From the NCBI GenBank assembly GCA_964531785.1, contig CAZHFF010000001.1:165997-229996 (forward strand): a DNA stretch of 64,000 nt. The letters run 5' to 3'. The notes beneath the pieces are model-generated. The model was given only the letters and a program-made list of their open reading frames with translations. It did not search any database and was not told where the DNA came from. Numbering within the stretch: position 1 is the first letter of the stretch; each line of letters begins with the position of its first letter. This stretch comes from an uncultured Candidatus Saccharibacteria bacterium (GTDB taxonomy: Bacteria > Patescibacteriota > Minisyncoccia > Phycocordibacterales > UBA12088). This document shows positions 34,799 through 43,651 of the stretch, in pieces. A program made the translations under genes and the position numbers.

Positions 34799-36076
34799 AT
34801 GAGCGATATTTATCGCAATTCAATATTTTGGGTAGAAGTTGAACGCATCAAGCCGAACCCGTTCCAGCCACGACGGGAATTTGACCAACAGAAACTGAAT
34901 GAGCTTGCAGAGTCCATACGCATGTACGGGCTCCTGCAGCCACTTACGGTAACAAGGACAGAAATACCCCGTGCGGACGGGGGTTTGGCCGTTGAGTACG
35001 AGCTTATTGCGGGCGAGCGACGTTTGCGCGCGTCAAAGATAGCGGGCCTCGCCCAGGTCCCGGTCATCATCAGGAGTGGTGAAGAGACCGACCAGATGAA
35101 GCTCGAGCTGGCGATCATCGAGAACCTACAACGCGAGGACCTCAACCCGATCGACCGTGCAAAAGCGTTCGAGAAGCTGTTCCGCGAGTTCCGTTTCTCT
35201 CACCGCGAGATCGGCAAGAAGATGGGCCGGAGCCGTGAGTACGTGACCAATACCATTCGCCTGCTTGCGCTACCTGAGGCCATACAGCAACACCTGAGCG
35301 AAGGACGCATCAGCGAGGGGCACACGCGGCCGCTCCTCATGCTCAACAACAAGCCCGAGGAGCAAGCAGTCCTCATGCGCGAGATACTCGTCAAGCGCCT
35401 GACGGTGCGGGAAACGGAGCAGATCGCGCGCCGGGTCGCACAAGACCGGGTGACCGAGAAGCACCGGATCGATCCTGAGATAATTGCGCTCGAGCGTGCG
35501 TTGACCGAGCGGTTAGGAACGCGGGTCCAGATAGAACCGCGTGAAGCGGGAGGACGTCTGGTCATCAGTTTCTTTAATTCGTCCGACCTGCAGACCCTGC
35601 TCGACACCTTCAAGGTGGGCGATACCGCGGTCGCAGGACGGTCTGCGTTCGACGGTAACCCGCTCGCACCATCACATCCTGAACAGTACGTGGGTATGGG
35701 CGAAGGTGAGGTACCGCTGCCACGCTCCGCAAGCCCTGAGAACAGCGAGGAAACGTGGTTGGATGGGTTCCCCGAGCCTGAGCCGGAACCGGAGTCGCAG
35801 TCTGAAGCGTGGCGTGAGGGAGTGCCGGTACAGGTCGAAACGCCGCCGCAGGTCGTTGCCGCCGCCTTGCGCCCGCAGCCCGAACCTGACGTTCCTACGT
35901 CCGCGGTGCATTCGTTCACGCCGCCCGCTGTGCCAGAGTCCGTGGCGCATGACCCGTACCAGAGTGCACCCAAACCGGCCAACGTTGGGACCGACCTGCC
36001 GCCCGCTCCGCGTCCATCTCGTGAGGAGAGTGAAGAAGACCCAGGCCTCTATTCGGTTCGCAACTTCTCGATCTGA
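34799..36076 (+). CDS. parB: ParB/Spo0J partition protein with about 130-aa Pro/Glu-rich C-terminal extension
   Basis: IKPNPFQPRREF, LLQPLTV, GERRLRASKIAGL and an HTH region. The C-terminal third is low-complexity (PEPEPEPESQSE..). Confidence 0.88.
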   Translation: MSDIYRNSIFWVEVERIKPNPFQPRREFDQQKLNELAESIRMYGLLQPLTVTRTEIPRADGGLAVEYELIAGERRLRASKIAGLAQVPVIIRSGEETDQMKLELAIIENLQREDLNPIDRAKAFEKLFREFRFSHREIGKKMGRSREYVTNTIRLLALPEAIQQHLSEGRISEGHTRPLLMLNNKPEEQAVLMREILVKRLTVRETEQIARRVAQDRVTEKHRIDPEIIALERALTERLGTRVQIEPREAGGRLVISFFNSSDLQTLLDTFKVGDTAVAGRSAFDGNPLAPSHPEQYVGMGEGEVPLPRSASPENSEETWLDGFPEPEPEPESQSEAWREGVPVQVETPPQVVAAALRPQPEPDVPTSAVHSFTPPAVPESVAHDPYQSAPKPANVGTDLPPAPRPSREESEEDPGLYSVRNFSI

Positions 36077-37620
36077 CCGATCGTACTCTCGCTCCTGCCC
36101 TTACTGAGCGACTGTTGGATGTGCTTGCGTGCGAGGGTGGTCTTTGCGTAGTCGAGCCACTTCAAACCAGGTCGAGCGCTCTGTTTGGTCTCGATCTCCA
36201 CGATATCGCCGTTCTTTAGTTTCGTATCGAGCGACGCAAGCTTTCCGTTCACCTTGGCGCCGCTCACATGATCACCGATCTCGCTGTGGACCGCGTACGC
36301 AAAGTCGATAGGGCTCGAATCGACGGGAAGGTCGATCACATCACCCTTTGGCGTGAAGACGAACACCCGATAGCTAAAGAAGTCGTCCTTGATCTCTTTC
36401 ATGAAGAGCTCGCTCGCCTCGTGGACCGGAACATCGTGCGCCTGAGCGAGTGCACCAACCCATTTGGGGACTTTGTTCGAGCTCGGTGACTCTGGTACCT
36501 GCTGTCGCAGAAGTGACGGGATCAGTTGCCGGAACCACAGCAGATTGCGCTTCTGCTCGCCACGATTGGTCTTGCCCCGGGTCTCCTTGTACGTCAGGTG
36601 CGAGGCGATACCAAACTGCGCCTCGCGGTGCATCTCGTTCGTTCGTATCTGTATCTCGACCGGGCCCGCTTCCTTTGTAACCACGGTCGTGTGGATCGAA
36701 CGGTACCCGTTCGGTTTCTCGAACGCGATATAGTCCTTGATCTTTCCCGGGAGCGGCTTCCACAGGGCGTGAACGACGCCCAAAACCCGATAGCAGTCTT
36801 CGATCGACTCCACAATGACCCGGATCGCGAGAATATCGTGTATCTTCTCGATATCGCCGTGCTTGCGGCCGAGCTTGGTGTAGAGCGAATAGAGCCCTTT
36901 GACCCGTGCCTCGGTCCGGTAATTACGCACCCCTTGAGAAACAAGGGCTATTTTCAGGTGTTCGGCGACCTTGGCAAGCTGTGGTTCACGTGCCAGTTTC
37001 TTCTCCCTCATGAGTTCGACCATTTTCTTGTGCTCTTCGGGCTCGACGTAGGGGAACGCAAGGTCCTCGAGCTCACGCTTCAGCCTCCCCATACCCAACC
37101 GGTCTGCGAGCGGTGCATAGATCTCCAAGGTCTCCTTTGCGATACGCAGACGCTTTTCGGGCGGTACATGTGCGAGCGTTGACATGTTATGGCGACGGTC
37201 CATCAGCTTGATCATGAGGACGCGAATATCGCGTGAGGTCGCAACGAACAAGCGACGGAGGCTCTCCACGTGGCGTTCAGCCCCGCGATATTTGAGGGTG
37301 CCGAGCTTGGTCACGCCGTCGACCAGGAAGAGCACCTCAGGCCCGAACTCCTGTTCGATCTCTTCCCGGGTGACCCCAACATCCTCGATCGAGTCATGAA
37401 GCAGGCCCGCTGCGATCGTGCGAGGCCCCATACCCATCTCGGCCAGCGCGTACGCGGTCTCGTACAGGTGCACGAAGTACGGCTCACCCGACATCCGCTT
37501 GTGGTCTTTATGCCGATCCTTCGAGAAATCATACGCCTTTTGGACCAGTGCGCAGTCGGCGCTCCTTGGCTTGTCCATGAGGTCGATGATGTCCTGGGCT
37601 GTGCCGTAACCGTGTTTCAT
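36049..37620 (-). CDS. bifunctional (p)ppGpp synthetase/hydrolase, RelA/SpoT family (HD-synthetase-TGS, no ACT domain)
   Basis: HD domain (HLYETA..LLHDSIEDV), synthetase motif (GLYSLYTKL..DILAIRVIV) and TGS domain (VFTPKGDVIDLP). Overlaps the parB 3' end by 28 nt. Confidence 0.9.
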   Translation of the reverse strand: MKHGYGTAQDIIDLMDKPRSADCALVQKAYDFSKDRHKDHKRMSGEPYFVHLYETAYALAEMGMGPRTIAAGLLHDSIEDVGVTREEIEQEFGPEVLFLVDGVTKLGTLKYRGAERHVESLRRLFVATSRDIRVLMIKLMDRRHNMSTLAHVPPEKRLRIAKETLEIYAPLADRLGMGRLKRELEDLAFPYVEPEEHKKMVELMREKKLAREPQLAKVAEHLKIALVSQGVRNYRTEARVKGLYSLYTKLGRKHGDIEKIHDILAIRVIVESIEDCYRVLGVVHALWKPLPGKIKDYIAFEKPNGYRSIHTTVVTKEAGPVEIQIRTNEMHREAQFGIASHLTYKETRGKTNRGEQKRNLLWFRQLIPSLLRQQVPESPSSNKVPKWVGALAQAHDVPVHEASELFMKEIKDDFFSYRVFVFTPKGDVIDLPVDSSPIDFAYAVHSEIGDHVSGAKVNGKLASLDTKLKNGDIVEIETKQSARPGLKWLDYAKTTLARKHIQQSLSKGRSESTIGQIEKLRTE

Positions 37621-37792
37621 TGTTCTAGTATGTAACACTCGCAGCTTTTGGCAAGTGTGTGCACGGGGCGCAGCATACATAGCTCCATCGTGCCGTTAGT
37701 ACGTAACACTTTGGCATAAGGGCTTGCGCTGACCGCAAATGGTGGCCAAATACCGTTGTTCTGTGGAAAACAGCGTAGGTCATGCTACCGAT

Positions 37793-37828
37793 GTGGTATA
37801 TAGTGGTGACTAAGTGGTATGAAGTGGT
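37793..37828 (+). promoter_or_regulatory. four direct GTGGT repeats at 10-11 nt spacing, candidate MraZ operator
   Basis: GTGGT at 37793, 37803, 37814 and 37824, 20-55 nt upstream of mraZ. They overlap a TGGTATATA -10-like box. Confidence 0.55.
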
Positions 37829-37846
37829 ACAAAACGCACCAAGCTC

Positions 37847-38296
37847 ATGTCACGGAGCCGCATGCTCATCGGTGAATACAGGCACACCATTGATGAGAAG
37901 CGGCGCATAGCGCTTCCTGCTAAGTTCCGTAAGGTGCTCGGCAAAAAGGTCATCATCACACGCGGACTCGACTCATGCCTCTTCGCTTTTTCCGACAGCG
38001 AATGGCGCTCTATCGTCGAGAAGCTCAGCCGTCTCTCTATGGGGCAGGCAGATTCTCGTGCGTTCGGGCGGTATCTCTTTGCCGGGGCAGCAGAGCTCTC
38101 GATCGACACCCTAGGAAGGATACTCGTGCCACTTGAGCTTGCGGACCATGCAGCGCTCCAGGGCACCGTGGTGCTGATCGGGGTCCATGATCGGTTCGAA
38201 CTGTGGAACGAAGCACGATGGGAGACCTATCGAAGAGCGGTAGAGACCGAGGCGGACCGCGTGGCAGAGAAGTTAGGAGAGATCGGCGTCCTGTAG
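37847..38296 (+). CDS. mraZ: transcriptional regulator MraZ
   Basis: GEYRHTIDEKRRIALPAKFR with a duplicated SpoVT-AbrB-like half (GRILVPLEL). First gene of the dcw cluster. An alternative ATG is at 37862. Confidence 0.9.
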   Translation: MSRSRMLIGEYRHTIDEKRRIALPAKFRKVLGKKVIITRGLDSCLFAFSDSEWRSIVEKLSRLSMGQADSRAFGRYLFAGAAELSIDTLGRILVPLELADHAALQGTVVLIGVHDRFELWNEARWETYRRAVETEADRVAEKLGEIGVL

Positions 38297-38298
38297 GT

Positions 38299-39213
38299 AT
38301 GGACCAGAGCGAAGCAGAGCACGTCACCGCGCACGCACCAGTACTTTTACACGAAGTCCTTGAAGGCTTGGCGATAGCACCGTCAAGTATCGTCGTCGAC
38401 TGCACCGCAGGCGGAGGCGGGCATGCTGAGGCTATTCTCCGCATGCTCGGGAGCGACGGAAGATACATCGGTATCGATGCCGACAGTGCGGCGCTCGAAC
38501 GGGTGCGGAAACGGATCGGAAGCGACCCCCGGGTCAGTCTGGTCCTCGGCAACTTTCGGCACGTCGCCGAGCACTGCAAGCGGGTAAGCACCCTTGCGCC
38601 GACGCACCTCTTGGCAGACCTCGGGTTCTCGAGCGATCAGCTCGAGCATAGTGGTCGTGGATTCAGCCTACAGCGCGACGAGCCGCTCGTCATGACGTTC
38701 GAGACCACGGTAACGCCAGAGACCTTGACCGCATGGCACGTGGTTAACGAGTGGAGCGAGGCGTCGCTATGCGACATTCTGCGCGGGTTCGGTGGTGAGC
38801 CTGCGGCCCGAAGGATCGCACAGGCGATCGTCGAGGCACGCGAAGAGCGACCCATCACGACCTCACATGAGCTTGCTGCTATCGTGGAGGCGGCCGCGCC
38901 TCGTGGAAAACGCCGAATTCATCCCGCGACGCGAACGTTCCAGGCACTACGCATGGCGGTCAACGATGAGCTCGGTGCGCTTGAAGCACTGCTTGCGGAC
39001 GGGTTCGAACTGCTTGCGCCAGCCGGACGCATGGCCATCATCTCGTTCCATAGTCTCGAGGACAGAACGGTCAAACATGCGTTCCGCAGCTACCGTGAGC
39101 GAGGTGTCGCAACCCTCATCACTAAACGCCCGATCATTGCCGATCTAGCAGAAGTGCGAGCGAACCCGAGGAGCCGCAGCGCAAAGTTACGCATACTTGA
39201 AAAGAAGCCATGA
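38299..39213 (+). CDS. rsmH: 16S rRNA (cytosine1402-N4)-methyltransferase
   Basis: HAPVLLHEVLEGL, DCTAGGGGHAE, DLGFSS, SFHSLEDR. ATG lies 3 nt after the mraZ stop. Confidence 0.92.
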   Translation: MDQSEAEHVTAHAPVLLHEVLEGLAIAPSSIVVDCTAGGGGHAEAILRMLGSDGRYIGIDADSAALERVRKRIGSDPRVSLVLGNFRHVAEHCKRVSTLAPTHLLADLGFSSDQLEHSGRGFSLQRDEPLVMTFETTVTPETLTAWHVVNEWSEASLCDILRGFGGEPAARRIAQAIVEAREERPITTSHELAAIVEAAAPRGKRRIHPATRTFQALRMAVNDELGALEALLADGFELLAPAGRMAIISFHSLEDRTVKHAFRSYRERGVATLITKRPIIADLAEVRANPRSRSAKLRILEKKP

Positions 39214-39288
39214 GGAATTACGTGTACGTCCCAGTTCCTTGCCAGAACGAGCCGTAGACGTAAGACCTCATCATAACAGCCCCCGACC

Positions 39289-39606
39289 ATGAGCACATTT
39301 CGCATCTTTCGTTATACGGTCCACATAGAAAAGAGCATCGTCTGGTTCGAGCTCGCGCTCGTACTCGCGTTCTTCGTGCTCTACGCGTACAGCATCGTGA
39401 CATCGGTTGTTAATGTCGTCCTGAGGGAAGAACTACAGGTCGCTGTCCGTGAGGCAGATTCGCGGGTAGGGGAGCTTGAAGCTACCTATCTTGCGCTCGT
39501 GCACACGCTTACCGAAGAGCGGGCTACCGAGCTCGGCCTCGTGAAGCTCGGTCAAGTCACCTATGTCGACGTTACCCGTTCCGGTGCGCTTACGCGACGT
39601 GATTGA
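39289..39606 (+). CDS. FtsL-like cell division membrane protein (assigned by position)
   Basis: 105 aa with a single TM segment followed by a coiled segment, located between rsmH and ftsI. Confidence 0.5.
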   Translation: MSTFRIFRYTVHIEKSIVWFELALVLAFFVLYAYSIVTSVVNVVLREELQVAVREADSRVGELEATYLALVHTLTEERATELGLVKLGQVTYVDVTRSGALTRRD

Positions 39607-39617
39607 GCAGGTGACCT

Positions 39618-41336
39618 ATGCGTGCTGCATTTGAACTCAGGGTCCGGATCATAGCCGTCTGTGTGCTCGTTGTCGCGTGCCTGCTCGTTGCACGCCTGTA
39701 TATGGTGCAGGTCGTCTATGGCAGTGCCTATGCGAGCGAGGCGGACAAACAGTACGTGCAGAGTGCGGCGGACCACTTCGACCGGGGAGACATCTACTTC
39801 AAAGACAAGAACGGGCGGCGCGTTGCTGCCGCCGGCCTTAAGACTGGCTTTACCGTTGCGATCGACCCGACCAAGGTGAACGACCCGGAAGCGCTGTACC
39901 AGGCGCTCGTGAAGCATATGCCGCTCGACCGCGATGACTTCATCACACGTGCAAGCAAGGTGGATGACCCCTATGAGGAGGTTGCGCAACGGGTCGATGC
40001 GGACGTTGCTGCGGCGATCAAGAAGGGGCGATATACGGGTGTGCAGCTCTTCAGGAAGCAGTGGCGTTTTTATCCTGGGGGCAGTCTCGCGTCACAGACG
40101 CTCGGCTTTGTCGGCTACGACAAGGACGGTATGCAGCTCACTGGGCGCTATGGGCTCGAGCGTTACTGGAACGATGTGCTCATCCGGAACCAGGACGAGC
40201 TCTACGTCAACTTTTTTGCGGAGGTCTTTTCCAGTGTACGAGATATGCTCTTTGAGAACGACCGGAAGCGAGCAGGGGATATTGTGACGTCGATCGAGCC
40301 GTCGGTGCAGCATGAACTTGAGCGTGAGCTTATGCGTACCCAGGAGTCCTGGCACGCTAAGCAGCTTGCCGCGATCATCATTGACCCAGCAAGTGGCGAT
40401 GTCATCGCCATGGCGTCACTGCCGACATTCGACGCGAACGACTTCAGTGCCGAACAGAGCCCCTCGGTATTCTCGAATCCGCTTGTTGAGAGCGTGCGCG
40501 AGATGGGCTCTATCATCAAACCGATCGTAATGGCGATCGGCATGGACACCGGTGCGGTCCATACCAGCACGACGTTCGAGGACACCGGTACCATCAAGCT
40601 CAATGGGTATACGATCGGCAACTACGATGGGCGTGCGCGCGGTGTGGTGGATATGCAGCAGGTGATGAACCAGTCGCTCAATGTCGGCATGGCGTTCGTG
40701 GCACAGCAGATAGGCGGTAAGCGCCTGGCTGAGAAAATACGTGCGTTCGGCTTAGGTGAAGAGACCGGTATCGACCTGCCGTTCGAGGCGCGCGGCCTCA
40801 TCAAGAACCTGGAGTCGCCACGCGAGGTAGAGTATGCCACTGCAGCGTTCGGCCAAGGTATCGCGCTCACGCCGATAGCGACTGCTCGGGCGCTCGCAGC
40901 GCTCGGTAACGGTGGCTACCTGGTCACTCCGCACATCGCGCAAGAGATCCGCTATGAGACGGGCATGGTCGGAAATGTCTCGATCGACGAGCGTGTACAG
41001 GTCATCAGCAAGGAGGCGTCCGAGGAGATCACGCGCATGCTGGTTAAGGTGGTGGACGACGCGCTCCTAAACGGCAAAGCAAAGAAAGAACGCTACACCA
41101 TAGCAGCGAAGACGGGCACTGCTCAGATAGCACGTGAAGGCTCCCGAGGATACTATGATGACCGCTACCTCCACTCGTTCTTCGGGTACTTTCCGGCATA
41201 CGACCCCAAGTTCCTGATCTTCATGTACCACGTCGAGCCGCAGGGTGCTCGATATGCGAGCGAAACGCTCACCCAACCGTTCATGAATCTGGTCGATTTC
41301 CTTATCAACTACTACGAGATACCGCCGGACAGGTAA
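39618..41336 (+). CDS. ftsI: peptidoglycan D,D-transpeptidase FtsI / class B PBP
   Basis: N-terminal TM segment, PBP dimerisation domain, then transpeptidase motifs SIIK, SLN and KTGTA. Confidence 0.9.
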   Translation: MRAAFELRVRIIAVCVLVVACLLVARLYMVQVVYGSAYASEADKQYVQSAADHFDRGDIYFKDKNGRRVAAAGLKTGFTVAIDPTKVNDPEALYQALVKHMPLDRDDFITRASKVDDPYEEVAQRVDADVAAAIKKGRYTGVQLFRKQWRFYPGGSLASQTLGFVGYDKDGMQLTGRYGLERYWNDVLIRNQDELYVNFFAEVFSSVRDMLFENDRKRAGDIVTSIEPSVQHELERELMRTQESWHAKQLAAIIIDPASGDVIAMASLPTFDANDFSAEQSPSVFSNPLVESVREMGSIIKPIVMAIGMDTGAVHTSTTFEDTGTIKLNGYTIGNYDGRARGVVDMQQVMNQSLNVGMAFVAQQIGGKRLAEKIRAFGLGEETGIDLPFEARGLIKNLESPREVEYATAAFGQGIALTPIATARALAALGNGGYLVTPHIAQEIRYETGMVGNVSIDERVQVISKEASEEITRMLVKVVDDALLNGKAKKERYTIAAKTGTAQIAREGSRGYYDDRYLHSFFGYFPAYDPKFLIFMYHVEPQGARYASETLTQPFMNLVDFLINYYEIPPDR

Positions 41337-41429
41337 ACGATCGAGCGGAGCTCAGGGTTGGCAGGACGAGGAAGCCATGCAATACGTTACCGGTTCCCGT
41401 TCACCTGGTAGAGAAATCGTGGTAGGGTT

Positions 41430-42725
41430 TTGTACATGAAAGCGTTCCTCAAGCAGGTCGTCGTGTTCGTTCTCTCGTGGTTGGCACGCCTCGTGCTCGC
41501 CCGATACAAGCCGCAGGTCGTTGCCATTACGGGTAGTGTCGGCAAGACCGGCACCAAGGACGCGATATATTCGGTCCTCAAGGCCGTAAAACGCGTTAGG
41601 AAGAGCGAGAAGAGCTTCAATAGCGAGCTCGGGGTGCCGCTTACCGTCCTTGGTCTGCCGAACGCCTGGAGCAGCCCGTTCGGTTGGGCGGAGAACATTC
41701 TGGACGGGCTTTTCCTGCTCGTCTTCCGGCAAGACTATCCGGATTGGCTTGTGCTCGAGGTCGGTGCCGACCATCCCGGCGACATCGAATCGCTCTCGAA
41801 GTGGTTGCATCCGGACACGGTCGTATTGACCCGGTTTCCCGAGGTGCCGGTCCATGTTGAGCACTTCGGTTCTCGTGAGGCAGTTATTGAGGAAAAGCGA
41901 TATCTTCGCCGCGCACTTCGAGACAACGGCACGCTGATCGTGAATGCTGACGACGAGCTGCTGCTCACGGAACCGCTAGGTCCCGGACAGCGCAGGCTCA
42001 CGTACGGGCTTGGAAAGGACGCCGAGGTACGGGCGAGCAAGGTGACCGTGGTCTATGAGAACAACGTGCCTGTCGGGGTCGAGACCACGGTACGATTCCA
42101 GGACAGCGAGGGTACCCTTACGCTTCGTGATACGCTCGGTACCCACCAGGTCTACGCGCTGCTTGCCGGCATCACGGTCGGCATTTCGGAAGGCATGTCA
42201 CTAACACATGCGCTCGATGCGCTCCGCGACCACCAGGCACCCAAGGGCCGCATGCGCCTCCTGCCTGGGATCGAGCAGAGCGTGCTCATTGATGATTCCT
42301 ACAATAGTTCACCCATCGCGGTCGCCGCAGCTCTCGACACGCTCGCAGGCTTGCGCGCCAAGGGGCGTAAGATAGCCGTGCTGGGGGACATGATGGAGCT
42401 AGGGGAGTTCTCTGTGGAGGAGCACCATCGTGTCGGCGCTTTGGTCAAAGAACGTGCGGACGTGTTCTTTGCGGTCGGGGTACGCATGAAGGACGCGGCC
42501 GCTGGCGCCCGGGAGGCGGGCATGAGCTCGGACGTGATCGCAGCATTGCCTGAGAGCAAAAAAGCGGCTGAAGCACTCAAGGATATCGTCGGGGAGGGGG
42601 ATATCGTCCTCATCAAGGGCTCTCAGTCGACCCGTATGGAACGGGTGGTCGAGGCGCTGCTCGCGGACCCAAAACTTGACAAAGTGAAGCTTGTGAGGCA
42701 AGATGCTGAGTGGAAAACGAGGTAG
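41430..42725 (+). CDS. murF: UDP-N-acetylmuramoyl-tripeptide--D-alanyl-D-alanine ligase
   Basis: ITGSVGKTGTKD P-loop, a DSYNSSP motif and a Mur ligase C-terminal domain. Confidence 0.88.
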   Translation: MYMKAFLKQVVVFVLSWLARLVLARYKPQVVAITGSVGKTGTKDAIYSVLKAVKRVRKSEKSFNSELGVPLTVLGLPNAWSSPFGWAENILDGLFLLVFRQDYPDWLVLEVGADHPGDIESLSKWLHPDTVVLTRFPEVPVHVEHFGSREAVIEEKRYLRRALRDNGTLIVNADDELLLTEPLGPGQRRLTYGLGKDAEVRASKVTVVYENNVPVGVETTVRFQDSEGTLTLRDTLGTHQVYALLAGITVGISEGMSLTHALDALRDHQAPKGRMRLLPGIEQSVLIDDSYNSSPIAVAAALDTLAGLRAKGRKIAVLGDMMELGEFSVEEHHRVGALVKERADVFFAVGVRMKDAAAGAREAGMSSDVIAALPESKKAAEALKDIVGEGDIVLIKGSQSTRMERVVEALLADPKLDKVKLVRQDAEWKTR

Positions 42726-42754
42726 TTTACCTCGCCTATTGAAGGAGCTGGTTC

Positions 42755-43030
42755 ATGTTTACGCCGATCGAGGTTTTCACCTGCGTCACTGCAAAAAGAG
42801 TGCCGTTCATTGAAAACGTTGCTGACGAGACACTCGCCGCGTTCTTCGCGGACGAAGAGAACGCAGCCGCGTGGCGACGTTTGCACGTCGGCAAGATCGT
42901 CCACGATCTGGACGCAGAATGCCCGGTTCGGGTCGTTGACCTCGGCAAGGAAGAGGGCGGTCCGGTAACCGTTCGCAAGCTGGTAAAGCCGTGCGTCGAG
43001 TACCAGCGAATGCCGGGTCTCTTACGCTAG
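42755..43030 (+). CDS. hypothetical protein
   Basis: 91-aa ORF preceded by GAAGGAG 7 nt upstream. No family recognised. Confidence 0.5.
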   Translation: MFTPIEVFTCVTAKRVPFIENVADETLAAFFADEENAAAWRRLHVGKIVHDLDAECPVRVVDLGKEEGGPVTVRKLVKPCVEYQRMPGLLR

Positions 43031-43096
43031 TATCACGACAGTATGGGCTGCGACTCACTCGCAGCCCATCTCCAACAAAAAAAGGAGGAGCGCGTG

Positions 43097-43336
43097 ATGG
43101 TACGATTTAAAGATCTCAGCCAGATTGACTGTCACTGGTTTCTGGACGATCCTCGGGTGAAAGGGTCACCGAATAGCCCCTGCTGTGGCCTGCCGGTGCG
43201 GCCAGAATCGTCGTACTGCGAGGAACACCACAAGCGGGTGTGGCGAAAACCCATGAAGCTTGAGGAACAGCAGGAGAACATGCGCAAAAAATGGAAGAAC
43301 CAGACTGGCCGCTCAAAGCAGCCAGAACCTACCTAA
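43097..43336 (+). CDS. GcrA-like C-terminal domain protein
   Basis: CHWFLDDP..CCGLPVRPESSYCEEHHKRVW matches the GcrA C-terminal C.WP.GDP..FCG..YC..H pattern. AGGAGG precedes ATG 43097. The ORF-track start at 43043 lies inside an 11-bp hairpin. Confidence 0.6.
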   Translation: MVRFKDLSQIDCHWFLDDPRVKGSPNSPCCGLPVRPESSYCEEHHKRVWRKPMKLEEQQENMRKKWKNQTGRSKQPEPT

Positions 43337-43370
43337 GCCATGCCTAACGTTCGGGGCATGGCTTTTCATT
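43336..43370 (+). terminator. rho-independent terminator
   Basis: AGCCATGCC taacgttcgg GGCATGGCT followed by TTTCATTTT. Confidence 0.6.
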
Positions 43371-43532
43371 TTCCCGTTCCCGTAGTACAATCTCAAACCG
43401 TAGGGGACGAGTAAGTATGAGGTACAGGCAGTGAATGGTTGAGGTGACCGGAGATCGTCATTACTGCGCACCCCAGTGAAGCGATCCTTAGTTTACTTTT
43501 GACCTTTGCATTTTAAGTTTTAACTTTTCGAC

Positions 43533-43604
43533 GGCCCTATCGTCTAGCGGTTAGGACATCGCCCTCTCACGGCGGTAACCCGGGTTCGATTCCCGGTAGG
43601 GTCA
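43533..43604 (+). tRNA. tRNA-Glu (anticodon CTC)
   Basis: Acceptor GGCCCTA/TAGGGTC (one G-U pair), anticodon arm TCGCC-CTCTCAC-GGCGG, T arm CCGGGTTCGATTCCCGG. Confidence 0.85.
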
Positions 43605-43607
43605 CAT

Positions 43608-43651
43608 CATAAGAAAACACCACTCGAGAAAATGAGTGGTGTTTTCTTATG
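43608..43651 (+). terminator. 18-bp perfect AT-rich hairpin directly after tRNA-Glu
   Basis: CATAAGAAAACACCACTC gagaaaat GAGTGGTGTTTTCTTATG. Confidence 0.6.
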
